Below, piece by piece: positions 48,408 through 58,842 of a DNA stretch of 64,000 bases; the first letter of the stretch is position 1, and each line of letters opens with the position of its first letter. Source of the DNA: an uncultured Candidatus Saccharibacteria bacterium (lineage in GTDB: Bacteria; Patescibacteriota; Minisyncoccia; Phycocordibacterales; JACNGX01); assembly GCA_964621395.1 (NCBI GenBank), contig CAZULS010000001.1:64615-128614 (forward strand), in the 5' to 3' direction. The notes below the pieces were generated by a model. It worked only from the letters and a program-made list of their open reading frames with translations. It did not search any database and was not told the DNA's origin. The position numbers and the translations under genes are program-made.

Positions 48408-48442
48408 AAGCACGGCAACCGAAGGTTGCCGTGCTTTTGTAT
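48408..48442 (-). terminator. Rho-independent terminator downstream of yifB/comM (aaaagcacggcaaccgaaggttgccgtgctttt)
   Basis: GC stem with a GAAG loop and flanking T tracts. Confidence 0.55.
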
Positions 48443-48510
48443 GCTTAATTCGTAACTCGTAATTCCCTAGGCCGACCGTGCCGGTTGCACGGGCTAGGCT
48501 TTATTCTGCT

Positions 48511-50079
48511 TTACATTTCCCACACCTGCGGTCGATACCGCAGTGCTTCAAGAACATGTCGTTCTTCAATGGTGTCGGAATTGTCCAAGTCGGCGATGGT
48601 GCGGGCGACTTTGGTTGTCTTGTGATAGCCGCGTGCTGAGAGTCCGAGTGATTTCGCCGATTGTGTGAGGGTGTTGCGCGCCGCTTCCCCGAGATGCGCA
48701 TGAGCATCAATCATGCGCGCAGACATATCGGCATTGGTACGCGCCGGTGTGTCTCTCAGTCGAGATGCACTTTTCTCCCGTGCGCCTTCCACCCGACTCC
48801 TGAGAGTTTCGCTCCCTTCCCCCCGAGGTGCTTCAGCAGCAAGCTTTTCATGATTGATAGCATCAACCGACAGCCACATATCAATGCGATCCATAATCGG
48901 CCCTGACAATTTTTTACGATAGGACAGAAGCTGGCTCTGGGTGCAGGTGCAATGTTTACTTGAGCCAAAGTTTCCACACGGACACGGATTCATTGCCGCG
49001 ACCAAAATAATATTTGCGGGAAACGTTTCGGTGCCGCGCACACGGGAGACGGTCACAATACTGTCTTCAAGTGGCTGGCGTAGTGTTTCAATCACCCGCT
49101 TATCGAATTCAGGGAATTCATCCAAGAAAAGTACGCCGCGATGCGCGAGGGTGATCTCACCCGGCTTCGGTACTGAGCCGCCACCGATGATTGCCGTGTG
49201 TGATGCGGTATGATGTGGTGCACGAAATGGCGCAGTAGTCTGGAGTACTTCCTCTAAAGCACCCGCAATAGAATGGATGGCGGTTACTTCAAGCGCATCC
49301 TCAGGTGAGAGCGCGGGCAAGATGCCGGTGAATGCTCGGGCAAGCATGGTCTTTCCGGTACCCGGAGGACCATACATGCACACATTGTGTCCGCCCGCTG
49401 CCGCGATTTCGAGCCCGCGCTTGGCAGATTCTTGCCCGCGCACATCACTGAAATCGACATGGCTTTTTGTGTGAGAGATAACGATGGGTGTTGGCGGTTG
49501 AGGTTGCAACAGTACCTTCTCCCTTCTTTTCTTATCCTTTTTCTCTAGAGGTGTTTCGTCGATGTGATTAATGATATCAAGAAGCGTGTGTGCCGGATAA
49601 ATGGCGATGCCATCAATGAGTGCTGCTTCCTCGGCGTTTTCGAGAGGGACGAAGACCGATTCAAATCCTCTCTTCCGCGCCTCGCGCACAAGCGCCAATA
49701 TTCCTTTTTGCGGGCGCAGTGTCCCGTCGAGGGCAAGTTCTCCCAAGAAAAGTGTCTTTTCCGGATGAAAGATAATTTGTTCATCGGCGAGAAGATATCC
49801 GAGAGCAATGGCGACATCAAAAAGCGGACCTTCTTTGCGAATGTCCGCCGGGGCAAGAGAGACAACTGTTTTTTGCTGACTTGATTTCGGTGAGGAGAAG
49901 TCGATATTTTTAATCGCGGCACCGACGCGATCGCGCGCCTCTTCCACCGCCTTGTCGGGGAGTCCAACAACAGAAAATGCATATAGAGTGTTTTTTACAA
50001 TGTCGGTTTCCACATTGACGATTGTTGCAGAAAGTCCGACAGTCTGGGCTGCATATACACGAGAGAAGTGAGTACTCAT
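48511..50079 (-). CDS. comM: YifB/ComM-family Mg-chelatase-like AAA+ ATPase
   Basis: N-terminal Lon-protease-like domain, Walker A MYGPPGTGKT, arginine finger region, 522 aa. Confidence 0.8.
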   Translation of the reverse strand: MSTHFSRVYAAQTVGLSATIVNVETDIVKNTLYAFSVVGLPDKAVEEARDRVGAAIKNIDFSSPKSSQQKTVVSLAPADIRKEGPLFDVAIALGYLLADEQIIFHPEKTLFLGELALDGTLRPQKGILALVREARKRGFESVFVPLENAEEAALIDGIAIYPAHTLLDIINHIDETPLEKKDKKRREKVLLQPQPPTPIVISHTKSHVDFSDVRGQESAKRGLEIAAAGGHNVCMYGPPGTGKTMLARAFTGILPALSPEDALEVTAIHSIAGALEEVLQTTAPFRAPHHTASHTAIIGGGSVPKPGEITLAHRGVLFLDEFPEFDKRVIETLRQPLEDSIVTVSRVRGTETFPANIILVAAMNPCPCGNFGSSKHCTCTQSQLLSYRKKLSGPIMDRIDMWLSVDAINHEKLAAEAPRGEGSETLRSRVEGAREKSASRLRDTPARTNADMSARMIDAHAHLGEAARNTLTQSAKSLGLSARGYHKTTKVARTIADLDNSDTIEERHVLEALRYRPQVWEM

Positions 50080-50146
50080 GAGTATAGTATATCAGGGAGT
50101 TGGTGCGTTAGTAAGTTGATATTAAAAATTTCAGCACCAAAAGTAA

Positions 50147-50614
50147 TTATGCGGCACGTTCCTTGTGAGTGACGTCCGATATTCGCGCGATATGGAGAGC
50201 AAGGGTATTACTGTTGAGATGACTGAGTTCTTCGTCGGAAATGTATGTAAGGAAAAATAGAGGACTGCCTTCTTCAGGTTCTTGACCACTTTCTTTTAAG
50301 GAGTTCATTAATGCTTTTGTCGCCTCCTTGACTGCTTTTTCAAATACAGCGTGCACATTCTTTTCTTTGTCTGTATTTGAGAGACCTTTAGAGAAGCCTT
50401 TTTCCTTAAGCTCCGTAAATGCTTCCTGAAAATGCAGTGCAGCATTGGTCACCTTGCGGTACAATTCGGTCCATTCTTCTCCCCGAGTGTTTGCGAGAGT
50501 TTCGAGCTCTGAAAGGAAGAGTTCCGTTTCTTCGGGGGTGAAACGATGAAATTCCCTCACTTTTTCTTCAGAAGTAGTAGGTTCGTCTTGAGGCGCTTCT
50601 TCGTGTGTGGCCAT
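50147..50614 (-). CDS. Hypothetical acidic protein (155 aa)
   Basis: ORF track only. Confidence 0.35.
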   Translation of the reverse strand: MATHEEAPQDEPTTSEEKVREFHRFTPEETELFLSELETLANTRGEEWTELYRKVTNAALHFQEAFTELKEKGFSKGLSNTDKEKNVHAVFEKAVKEATKALMNSLKESGQEPEEGSPLFFLTYISDEELSHLNSNTLALHIARISDVTHKERAA

Positions 50615-50667
50615 ATGTGGAGAGGAAAGGGCGCGGACATTTTATGTCCGCGCCCGTTTCAAGATAG

Positions 50668-51027
50668 TTAATCATTCATGTGTGCCTTGCAGGTACGTGC
50701 CGCCGGATTGGCTTCCAGGCGATCTTCTTCAATCTTTGCGCCGGAGACTTCGCAGACGCCGTAGGTGCCTTCCTCGATGCGGAGGAGGGCGGCACTCACT
50801 TCGGCGAGACGTGCCTCAAGCGGCGCGCTCACTCCGATACGATTGGCATATTCTTCAATAGCATCGGCGCGAATGTTTTTATCCGGATCGGCATTATCCA
50901 TATCTTCCGGCGGGGTTGCTTCCCAGTCGCCGGAATTATTCGGATTCTTCTGACCAATATCACTCAATTCTTCTTCCAATTTCGCGCGCTCGGCAAGGAG
51001 CTTTTGTTTGTAGGTGTCGGTATTCAT
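50668..51027 (-). CDS. DksA/TraR-family protein (zinc finger partly degenerate)
   Basis: Coiled-coil N-terminus plus C-terminal YGVCEVSGAKIEEDRLEANPAARTCKAH; 119 aa. Confidence 0.5.
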   Translation of the reverse strand: MNTDTYKQKLLAERAKLEEELSDIGQKNPNNSGDWEATPPEDMDNADPDKNIRADAIEEYANRIGVSAPLEARLAEVSAALLRIEEGTYGVCEVSGAKIEEDRLEANPAARTCKAHMND

Positions 51028-51179
51028 ATATCACAATATAGCACGGGTGGCGGCGGGTGTCCATGTAGCTGAGAGCTTATAGCTTCTAGCTTATAGAAGA
51101 CATACAATAAAAGCGCGCGGTAGCGCGCTTTTGAGTGTCGCGAAGCGACACTACCAGCTGCCACATACCGGCAACCATT

Positions 51180-52571
51180 TTACAATTCTCGGCGTTCTTG
51201 AATCACACGAGCAATAACCTCATCAATGGTATCAATGCTGGTACTTATAATCAGCGTGTCTCTCCCAAAGAATGTGTATGCGAGGACAATTGCCCCACTT
51301 CCATCACGCAATACGCGCATGTCTCTGTTTTTGACGAGATAATCTTCCCACGGTGCGGTGTAGACACTTCTTTCAACCTCCGTGCCGATAAGGGGGAGAA
51401 AATCATCAGGAAGATCTTTTTCCCACTTGAGCATGTTGGAGAATGCGCTGTCGAAGTCATTGGTAAAGAAGAGAAGGAATGCCTGATTACCGTTCCAGGA
51501 GTGGATACCAAACATATGCTCTCCTTCAAGAGCGCGAAGCATGTCGGGAGGAATGAGCCCTCCAACGAGTATGGAGAAACGCTCCGTGTCGGCGATTTGC
51601 CGATAAGGATTTTCTTTCGGATCAATGGGTTCGATGAGCTCGGTAAGATACAGATATTCAATAGCGTCCGGCGGCAAAGCAACATTTACAACTTCTTCGG
51701 TAATGACGGTGCGAAGTTTTCCGGTGGAGAGTTCATCAGCTTTAAATTCGACTGATTTTTCAATAAATATGGAAGCGGTTACTCTCGGCTCAAGGAGGGA
51801 AAGAACTGTGTCACCGGTAAAGATATACCATGCGCCTGTCGCAATCACTCCGACGCTGAGGATGATAAGAACAATACTCCCCCACATAAACGAGTTGTGT
51901 GCTTTTTTCTCACCAACGGCAATCTCTTCCTTTTCTTGTTTGACGTTGTGTTCGGCGAGGACCATTTGCACCATTGAGGTTTTGTTCCCTTTCATTGCTT
52001 CAGCGATATCCGATTCAAACGTGCGCAAACTTTTGAGCTTGTGTGCTTTACCGACTTCCTCGGCTTTTTTGTGACCGCGCCTGGTTGCCTCCTTTTCTCG
52101 CTTCTGTGCCATCTCTTTACTCTCTTCAGCCGCCTGCTTTTTTTCGCTCATGACATTGGAAGCAAAGAGAGGGTCACCTTCTATGGTGTCTCTTCTCACA
52201 ACTTTGGGATCAACGACTTCCTTTTCTCGTTTGATTTCCCCGGCGATGGCTGTGAGGTGTGGAGCGGCACCGCGGGAGATCGGTGATTTCACACTCTTCT
52301 TTCTGAGCTCTTTTGCCACCGATGTGTCCGGGACAGTTGTCGTGCTTTCAGATGTTTGTGGGTTTTGTGAAACAGCACGCTCCTCTTTCTGTACTTCATT
52401 CTTGGGAATGGAAGAAAAAGCGGCAGGTTCTTCTCCCCGCATCATGGCGTCGAGATCGACAGGTTCGCGATATGAGGTGTCTGCCGAAGGAGACGTCGAC
52501 TCAGAAGACGCGGCGGCGTTTGTACTGGGAGAAGGAGTATTTGGTTCGTCCGGGAGTTGAGTCGGTTCCAT
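51180..52571 (-). CDS. Hypothetical protein with a disordered N-terminus, a central TM helix and a C-terminal globular domain (463 aa)
   Basis: ORF track; TM SFMWGSIVLIILSVGVIATGAWYIF. Confidence 0.4.
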   Translation of the reverse strand: MEPTQLPDEPNTPSPSTNAAASSESTSPSADTSYREPVDLDAMMRGEEPAAFSSIPKNEVQKEERAVSQNPQTSESTTTVPDTSVAKELRKKSVKSPISRGAAPHLTAIAGEIKREKEVVDPKVVRRDTIEGDPLFASNVMSEKKQAAEESKEMAQKREKEATRRGHKKAEEVGKAHKLKSLRTFESDIAEAMKGNKTSMVQMVLAEHNVKQEKEEIAVGEKKAHNSFMWGSIVLIILSVGVIATGAWYIFTGDTVLSLLEPRVTASIFIEKSVEFKADELSTGKLRTVITEEVVNVALPPDAIEYLYLTELIEPIDPKENPYRQIADTERFSILVGGLIPPDMLRALEGEHMFGIHSWNGNQAFLLFFTNDFDSAFSNMLKWEKDLPDDFLPLIGTEVERSVYTAPWEDYLVKNRDMRVLRDGSGAIVLAYTFFGRDTLIISTSIDTIDEVIARVIQERREL

Positions 52572-52639
52572 TACGTGTAGTATACCAAAAAGAGGTGTGT
52601 GAAACGAGAGAGCAAGTAAAAAGACCGGAGTGTGTCCGG

Positions 52640-52975
52640 TCAGTTTTCTGTGTAATAGGGGAAAGAAAAAAGTGAAAAAGGCACCAGTCTTTCAAGACAT
52701 GCTCGAAACCGTTCTTGATTCTCTGGACGAGCAAGAAAGTTCCCTAGCCGTGTTCCGCTGATAACTTCAGAAGGGTTGATATGAAGAGCGCAACATATGT
52801 GAGTAACGCCCTTTATAAAAGAACCGCATCCCCTGCCCTCCTCGATATCTAAAATATCTTCTTTCGATATACCAGTCAGAAGAGAGAGCTCGAGTCGTGT
52901 TTTGTCCTTCTTTTTCCTTTCTTTTTGTATTCTTTCCCCAATGAGTATCCTTTCGGACCGTAGGTATATGCTCAT
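52640..52975 (-). CDS. XRE-family HTH transcriptional regulator
   Basis: LELSLLTGISKEDILDIEEG helix-turn-helix. Confidence 0.5.
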   Translation of the reverse strand: MSIYLRSERILIGERIQKERKKKDKTRLELSLLTGISKEDILDIEEGRGCGSFIKGVTHICCALHINPSEVISGTRLGNFLARPENQERFRACLERLVPFSLFSFPYYTEN

Positions 52976-53122
52976 GGTACAGGTTGTATTTGTGTAGTGA
53001 AAGAACCTCTTTATTCAAGGATATAAAAAAGAAGGATTACATGCAAGGACAGTGTACAAGAAAAACATGCGCGCGGCCGAAGGCCGCGCGCATGTTTTGT
53101 CTTTACACAGTGAAACCTTTTT

Positions 53123-55318
53123 TTATCTCCTCTCTCCTCGTCCGCCTCCGTGAGGTCCGCGATCATCTCTCCTCTGAGGGCGCGAAGGCGCTTCGGAAGG
53201 TTTGACACCCTTCTTTTCGGCATAGGTCGGATCAGCTGTTTTGAGTGACAGGCGCAATTTCTCCGGATCATCAGAAGGGATGACCACCACCGGAATCACC
53301 TCCCCTTCTTTCACCACGTCGGAGACATTGCCCACGCGAAACGGCGCGAGCTCGGAGACATGCACGAGTCCTTCGGTATACGGATTGATTTTCACTAATG
53401 CGCCGAAATCGAAGATTTTGATGACCGTTGCATCGAAGCGCTCACCGGGGTGGTATTCGCGGGTCATGTCGCTGATTGCTTCATAGGCTTTTTCTGCACT
53501 GCCGTTTTTACCGGTAATGTAGACGGTGCCATCGTCTTCAATTTCAATTTCGCTGGTACCACTGTCTTCACGAAGCTTCTTGATGGTTTTCCCCGACGGG
53601 CCAATCACCTTCCCAATCTGATCTTCAAGAATGGTGAGTGTGAGAATCTTCGGCGCCGAAGCGTGAATGTCTGCACGCGGTTCGGAAATCGCCTTTTCAA
53701 TGACATCAAGAATGTGCAAGCGAGCCGCCTTCGCCTTTTCAAGCGCATCGCGCAAGATGGCCACGGGAATACCGCCGATTTTAATATCCATCTGAATAGC
53801 GGTGACACCCTCTCGTGTGCCGGCAACCTTGAAGTCCATGTCGCCGTGATGATCTTCCGGTCCTTGGATGTCGGTGAGGATTTGTGTGCGTGATGCGTCT
53901 TCAAAGTCGGTCATGAGTCCCATGGCAATTCCCGCAACCGGTGCTTTAATCGGCACACCCGCATCCATAAGCGCAAGGGTTGAGCCACACACCGATGCCA
54001 TGGAGGTGGAGCCATTGGAAGCAAGTGATTCGGAAACAATACGAATGGTATACGGGAATGCGTCTTTTTCGGGAATCACATACGAGAGTGCTTTTTCCGC
54101 GAGCGCTCCGTGTCCGATAGCGCGACGATTCATACCGCCCATGCGCCCTGTCTCTCCGGTGGAGAATGGCGGGAAGTTGTAGTGGTGCATGAAACGCTTC
54201 GCGGCGTCTTGCTCTTCCATGCTGTCGATGAGCTGTGCATCGCGCGGACCGCCCAAGGTGAGCGCTGAGAGCACATGCGTACCACCGCGGTAGAAGATAC
54301 CGGTGCCGTGAATGGAAGGTGCAATACCGCCCGCTTGTGCAAAGAGCGGACGCACCTCATCCATACCGCGTCCGTCGACACGCTTCCCTTCTTTGGTGGC
54401 ACCGCGGTGAATCTCCGCGTCTACCTGCTCCTCATAATATTCTTCACACAAGCCTTTCGGCTCTTCCGGAAGCGCCTCAACAACCGCATCCATCCACATA
54501 TCTTTGAGTGCATGAAGACTCTCCTTGCCCGGCTTTCCCGAGAACACATACTCGGTGAGTTTCGGCGCGATTGTTTCCGTGAAGAGCGCTTTTGCTTCTT
54601 CAGAAATGTGTGCAATCTCAACCACGCGCTTTTCTTTCCCCACAGAGGCAATGATGTCGCTCTGGAATTTTTCTATAGCGGCGATTTTCTCCACCGCTTT
54701 TTCCAAGCCTTCGGCAATGGCAGTTTCGGCAGCTTGTGATGCGCCGGCCTCAATCATGTTGATATCACCTCCTTTGCCACAGACGGTGAGTTCCAGATCA
54801 CTTGCATTTCTTTCTTCAAAGGAAGGGTTTACGATGAAAGCGCCGTTTTCTTTGGAGCGAGCAATACGCACAGCACTCACCGGTCCATTCCACGGAATGT
54901 TTGATGTGGCGAGTGCGAGAGATGCAGCATTGACCGCGAGAATATCGGAATCAGTATCGCCGAGTGAAAGCACGGTGGTAACCACCTGCACTTCATTGCG
55001 GATACCGTGATCAAACAGCGGACGAATGGTGCGATCAATAATACGGCCGGAAAGGATTGCTTCTTCCGACGGACGCCCTTCCCTTCTTTGAAAACGGCTC
55101 CCTAAGATTTCTCCCGCAGCATAAAATTTCTCTTCATAATCAACGACCAACGGGAAGAAATCGATGTCGCGTGTGGAATCCGACATCACCGCGGTTGCCA
55201 GAACAACAGTGTCGCCGTAGCGGAGGATAACGGAGCCATGCGCCTGGTCCGCCAAATCGGTACATTCAGCGACCATCTTTTTGCCGCCGATTTCCGTCTC
55301 AAATGTTTGTTTTTCCAT
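53123..55318 (-). CDS. pnp: Polyribonucleotide nucleotidyltransferase (PNPase) with an RGG-rich C-terminal tail
   Basis: Two RNase PH domains, KH (LTILEDQIGKVIGPSGKTIKKL), S1 (GERFDATVIKIFDFGALVKI). Start moved to MEKQTFETEI. Confidence 0.9.
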   Translation of the reverse strand: MEKQTFETEIGGKKMVAECTDLADQAHGSVILRYGDTVVLATAVMSDSTRDIDFFPLVVDYEEKFYAAGEILGSRFQRREGRPSEEAILSGRIIDRTIRPLFDHGIRNEVQVVTTVLSLGDTDSDILAVNAASLALATSNIPWNGPVSAVRIARSKENGAFIVNPSFEERNASDLELTVCGKGGDINMIEAGASQAAETAIAEGLEKAVEKIAAIEKFQSDIIASVGKEKRVVEIAHISEEAKALFTETIAPKLTEYVFSGKPGKESLHALKDMWMDAVVEALPEEPKGLCEEYYEEQVDAEIHRGATKEGKRVDGRGMDEVRPLFAQAGGIAPSIHGTGIFYRGGTHVLSALTLGGPRDAQLIDSMEEQDAAKRFMHHYNFPPFSTGETGRMGGMNRRAIGHGALAEKALSYVIPEKDAFPYTIRIVSESLASNGSTSMASVCGSTLALMDAGVPIKAPVAGIAMGLMTDFEDASRTQILTDIQGPEDHHGDMDFKVAGTREGVTAIQMDIKIGGIPVAILRDALEKAKAARLHILDVIEKAISEPRADIHASAPKILTLTILEDQIGKVIGPSGKTIKKLREDSGTSEIEIEDDGTVYITGKNGSAEKAYEAISDMTREYHPGERFDATVIKIFDFGALVKINPYTEGLVHVSELAPFRVGNVSDVVKEGEVIPVVVIPSDDPEKLRLSLKTADPTYAEKKGVKPSEAPSRPQRRDDRGPHGGGRGERR

Positions 55319-55577
55319 GAGTATATGCTCATCGACACATGGCAGCGCTGAAAAAATCGTGAAATCGATTTCAACACCGGGCATGTGGCGATGAGAAAGT
55401 AAAATGATGAATAAAATATGAAAGACACCTGACACCACTTTTACATTTCTGTTCTCTGTATGAACGCAATTAGTTATTGGTTGTTTTGCAAATAAACACG
55501 TTTGGGAGAAGCGAAAGTGGTGTCAGGCGCGCGTAACATGATGGAGTATACCCCAAAAACACCTCACCCAGAACCCC

Positions 55578-55606
55578 TTGACTTTTAAAATCAAGTATGC
55601 TATCAT
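55578..55606 (+). promoter_or_regulatory. Sigma70-like promoter TTGACT-17-TATCAT upstream of gene 55669..56337
   Basis: Seen in sequence, 60 nt upstream of the start codon. Confidence 0.45.
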
Positions 55607-55668
55607 GGGGAAAGAAAAACGGGGTAGTAAAACCAATAATAATGTAGTTTGAAACAAAGGAGATAGTC

Positions 55669-56337
55669 ATGTTATTAGCGTTTACTCTCTGGTTTGTTGT
55701 GTTTGTGGTATTGGCGATTGTTGCCGCGGTAATGAGCAACAGAGCCGACGAAGAGAAGGAAAAGTGGCGCGAAAGGACCTTGAACGGTGTCGCGTTTATT
55801 ATTTTCCTTGCGGGACTGTTTTCCGCTCTGTACATTGAATACCCTGCGTATAACGGCAAAATTGTTGCCGTCAAAGATGGTAACGTCGTCGCTGAATATC
55901 CTGCGGGGGTATTCGAACCCCTTGCGAAGGGAAAGCTTGTGCGAGTTTTAGGGGGAGAGCATAGAGTAAATTACTCCTCTTTGCGTTTTTACGACAAGTA
56001 TCCTTTTGTCGCGGAGCTCGCAGGAGTAGAACTCACTTTGCGTGTGCAAGACGAGGAAAGGTATGCTATCACGCGTGCCGCAGAAGACGGTTTCAGATAC
56101 ACCGTGTTGCTTTCTTTGGAACAGGAAGTGGTTGCACTCCAAGTACGGTACGGGAGAGCAAATCGTGATAATCCTTCTCTTGGAGGATACGAAAGATTCA
56201 TGAAAAGAGGTATCGCCTCTTATCTCAAACCAAGAGGTTTGATCATGACAGATTTCGTGGTCGCTCATTCAAACTTTGAGGATATGGAGGAGCGCGAGAA
56301 GGAAATGGACAAGCTCGAAAAAAGCAGACGCAGGTAA
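55669..56337 (+). CDS. Membrane-anchored hypothetical protein (222 aa)
   Basis: N-terminal TM helices; rest unassigned. Confidence 0.4.
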   Translation: MLLAFTLWFVVFVVLAIVAAVMSNRADEEKEKWRERTLNGVAFIIFLAGLFSALYIEYPAYNGKIVAVKDGNVVAEYPAGVFEPLAKGKLVRVLGGEHRVNYSSLRFYDKYPFVAELAGVELTLRVQDEERYAITRAAEDGFRYTVLLSLEQEVVALQVRYGRANRDNPSLGGYERFMKRGIASYLKPRGLIMTDFVVAHSNFEDMEEREKEMDKLEKSRRR

Positions 56338-56544
56338 TATCCAACAGCAACAGAAATGCCCCCGCAGGTTTCGGCCTTCGGGGGATGTTTATTTGTATAC
56401 AAAAGCAGGGGTGTGCTGTGCACGCCCCTGCTCTTTTACTCTTAGATCCCGCATCACCCACGTCGCCAAGGCTTTGCGGGGCAAGCGTGCGGGATGACAC
56501 ACAACAAAAGGGCGCGCAAAGCGCGCCCTTTTGTTGCCGTCCGC

Positions 56545-57270
56545 TTACGCAAATCGTTTGATTTCCCGTTCCAGCGCGGTTTTGAAATCGCGAATGATTC
56601 TGTGGTGGTCCTTGGGAAGAAACGTTTTGAGTTCCGCGGAAAAATCAATATCACTCGCGCGCAGCGCGCCAATCACGTCGGCAAACAGCTTCGTTTTGTC
56701 CGTCTTTTTAGGAAGCATATTGCGGCGGAGTAAAAAATAAAAATCGTAAAAATCACGCGGCTTTTTGCGCGAAAGAAGTGCGTCTATTTTTCCCGCCACC
56801 AAATCTTCTTCGGCAAGTTGCACGAGCGTGTAGTCAGGAATCATGGCACTTGTGACAAGCGTTGCTGTTCCGCGCGTGTTTCTTTTTCGAAGCGATATTT
56901 CGGTGCGTATCGGTATTGTTTCATCGCCGAACAAAAAGCGCATAATGGAAAGATGTCCGCCACTCGTTTTCTTGACTTCGTCCAGTGCTACATTCGCGCC
57001 GCCGCGCTGCATGTCTTCAAGTGCCGCCGCAATCGCGTCTTCAATGCCACGTACGTTGTTCTCCGAAGCATCAAAATCCAAATCTTCGGAAAAGCGCGGA
57101 CTTCGGTATAAAAGCCGCAGAGCGGTACCACCTTTGAAATACAGCGCGTCAGCGTGCGGGGATCGATACAGCGACGAAAGAAAAAGATGCTGGACATATT
57201 CGCGCCGTACGTTAAGTTCGGACGTGCGCAGCGCGTGGGAAAGACGAGTGATTGCGTCGGGTGAAAGCAT
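56545..57270 (-). CDS. abiEii: AbiEii/AbiGii-family nucleotidyltransferase toxin (type IV TA / abortive infection)
   Basis: FKGGTALRLLYRSPRFSEDLDFD hallmark motif. Start set at MLSPDAI so that it follows the antitoxin stop by a few nt. Confidence 0.75.
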   Translation of the reverse strand: MLSPDAITRLSHALRTSELNVRREYVQHLFLSSLYRSPHADALYFKGGTALRLLYRSPRFSEDLDFDASENNVRGIEDAIAAALEDMQRGGANVALDEVKKTSGGHLSIMRFLFGDETIPIRTEISLRKRNTRGTATLVTSAMIPDYTLVQLAEEDLVAGKIDALLSRKKPRDFYDFYFLLRRNMLPKKTDKTKLFADVIGALRASDIDFSAELKTFLPKDHHRIIRDFKTALEREIKRFA

Positions 57271-57274
57271 ATTA

Positions 57275-57886
57275 CTACGTGAGAGAACGGATAACGGTAT
57301 CGAGTTTTTTTCTGTCAAACAATGTCGCATACGACCGTATTTTATGGTGGTTCAGCCGCGATATGTTCACGCGGTCGTTCATGGTTTTTTTTCCGAGGGC
57401 GACAAAATACGCGTAGTCAACAAGAGCTTTTTCCGGCTCCGCGATGTACACAATGTGTCCGTCAATCGTTTCGGGGACATAGCCTGCGTACGCGCGCGGC
57501 TTGATGGTGGCGTATGTGAATGTTTTTTCATTCACGGAAAACGACGCGGTTGTTTTCGGCGTGACGGACGTGATTGCGTACGGCATCTCGGGAATAATGC
57601 CGAACCGCGCGAGCGCGTATTCGAGAGAAATGTACGAGGGAACGTACAGAGCGTTTGCGATGACTTCTTCCGACGGCATGGCGTGTGCAAGCGCGTAGAG
57701 TCCTTTTTTCAGACGTGTAAATAGTCCGCGCTTTGTGTATGTTTCGAGAAAATATTTTGTCTGCGTCGGCGAAAGGGAAAACAGCCGCCGGATGTCGCGC
57801 GGAGAAAAGACGGCAATATCGTTCTCTTGCAGCGCACGCTGTATTGCCAGCGGTTGATCAAATTTTGATTTGCGAAAAGTGTACAT
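57275..57886 (-). CDS. abiEi: AbiEi-family antitoxin / transcriptional regulator
   Basis: N-terminal wHTH (DIRRLFSLSPTQTKYFLETYTKRGLFTRLKKGLY) and C-terminal AbiEi_3/4-like domain; upstream of and overlapping AbiEii. Confidence 0.7.
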   Translation of the reverse strand: MYTFRKSKFDQPLAIQRALQENDIAVFSPRDIRRLFSLSPTQTKYFLETYTKRGLFTRLKKGLYALAHAMPSEEVIANALYVPSYISLEYALARFGIIPEMPYAITSVTPKTTASFSVNEKTFTYATIKPRAYAGYVPETIDGHIVYIAEPEKALVDYAYFVALGKKTMNDRVNISRLNHHKIRSYATLFDRKKLDTVIRSLT

Positions 57887-57960
57887 ATGTAAACTTTACA
57901 CAAATAATTTTATACCGGTGCGTATGTGCCGTCAAGCGCGCAAACAAAATGGTTGACGTA

Positions 57961-58031
57961 CTAGAACCAATCTCACTGAAAACGTTGAAAAATAAGGAGA
58001 TCATATTCAAGAGCTGCGCTTGGCGGTTCTA
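57961..58031. mobile_element. Miniature (71-bp) derivative of the M-family MITE. It keeps a left TIR CTAGAACCAATCTCACTGAAAA plus about 45 bp matching the right-end subterminal region, and ends ...GGTTCTAA.
   Basis: It is the reverse complement of the right 65 bp of 40392-40600, with a short terminal inverted repeat. Confidence 0.55.
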
Positions 58032-58110
58032 ACAAATACGCTCAGATTAAGGTCTCACCTTAATCTATGTCGCGCAGCGGCACTACCAGATACCAGTGAC
58101 CGGCAACCAC

Positions 58111-58626
58111 CTACCGTCTTTTTCTCCCTCCAATAATGAATTTCTTTGGGTCGAGGTCCATGTCGAGGAAGTCGTCGGCAACCTCCTTGAGTGCCGCTGA
58201 TGATGAACGCCCGAAAGAAACCACTTCTACTTGGGTGTTGTTTTTCAGATATTCCACGAGTGGGACAAAGTCGCCATCTCCGGAGACGAGAATAATGGCA
58301 TCGAGCTTCGGTGCCATACGAATGGCGTCCACCGCTATCCCGACGTCCCAGTCGGCTTTCTTGGCGCCACCGTAAAAAATTTGCAAATCTTTGGTGCGGG
58401 TTTCGATACCGTGCTTGGCAAGGGCGTCGAGGAATGTCTGCTCCTCCCCCGATTCGGTGGTAATGGCATAACAAAATGCGCGGATGAGCTGGCGTCCGCC
58501 GACGGCTTCGCGCATGAGTGCATCAAAGTTTACATTGCCTTTGTAAAGATGTTTTGCGCTGTGATAGAGATTTTGCGCGTCTATAAAAACGCCGACACGC
58601 TGTTGGCGATGTTTAATGATTGGCAT
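58111..58626 (-). CDS. NYN-domain (LabA/PIN-like) protein
   Basis: VFIDAQNLY...DVGIAVDAI...LVSGDGDFVPLVEYLK...VEVVSF. Confidence 0.65.
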   Translation of the reverse strand: MPIIKHRQQRVGVFIDAQNLYHSAKHLYKGNVNFDALMREAVGGRQLIRAFCYAITTESGEEQTFLDALAKHGIETRTKDLQIFYGGAKKADWDVGIAVDAIRMAPKLDAIILVSGDGDFVPLVEYLKNNTQVEVVSFGRSSSAALKEVADDFLDMDLDPKKFIIGGRKRR

Positions 58627-58842
58627 GGATAGTATGTTAGTAGATTAGTAAGTGAGGAGGTTAGTAAAAAGCAATATAGTATCGCGAGCTATCGCCCGCT
58701 CAAAATATAAAAATCATAAAATGAGCTTGTATGTAAATTACGATACTGAGTAATAATGATTGACACAATCTTTGTGTCGGTATACACTATTGATACATGT
58801 GGCAGGAGTGTCACGTGACATCAAATGCGGGGTCCCGAGTCT

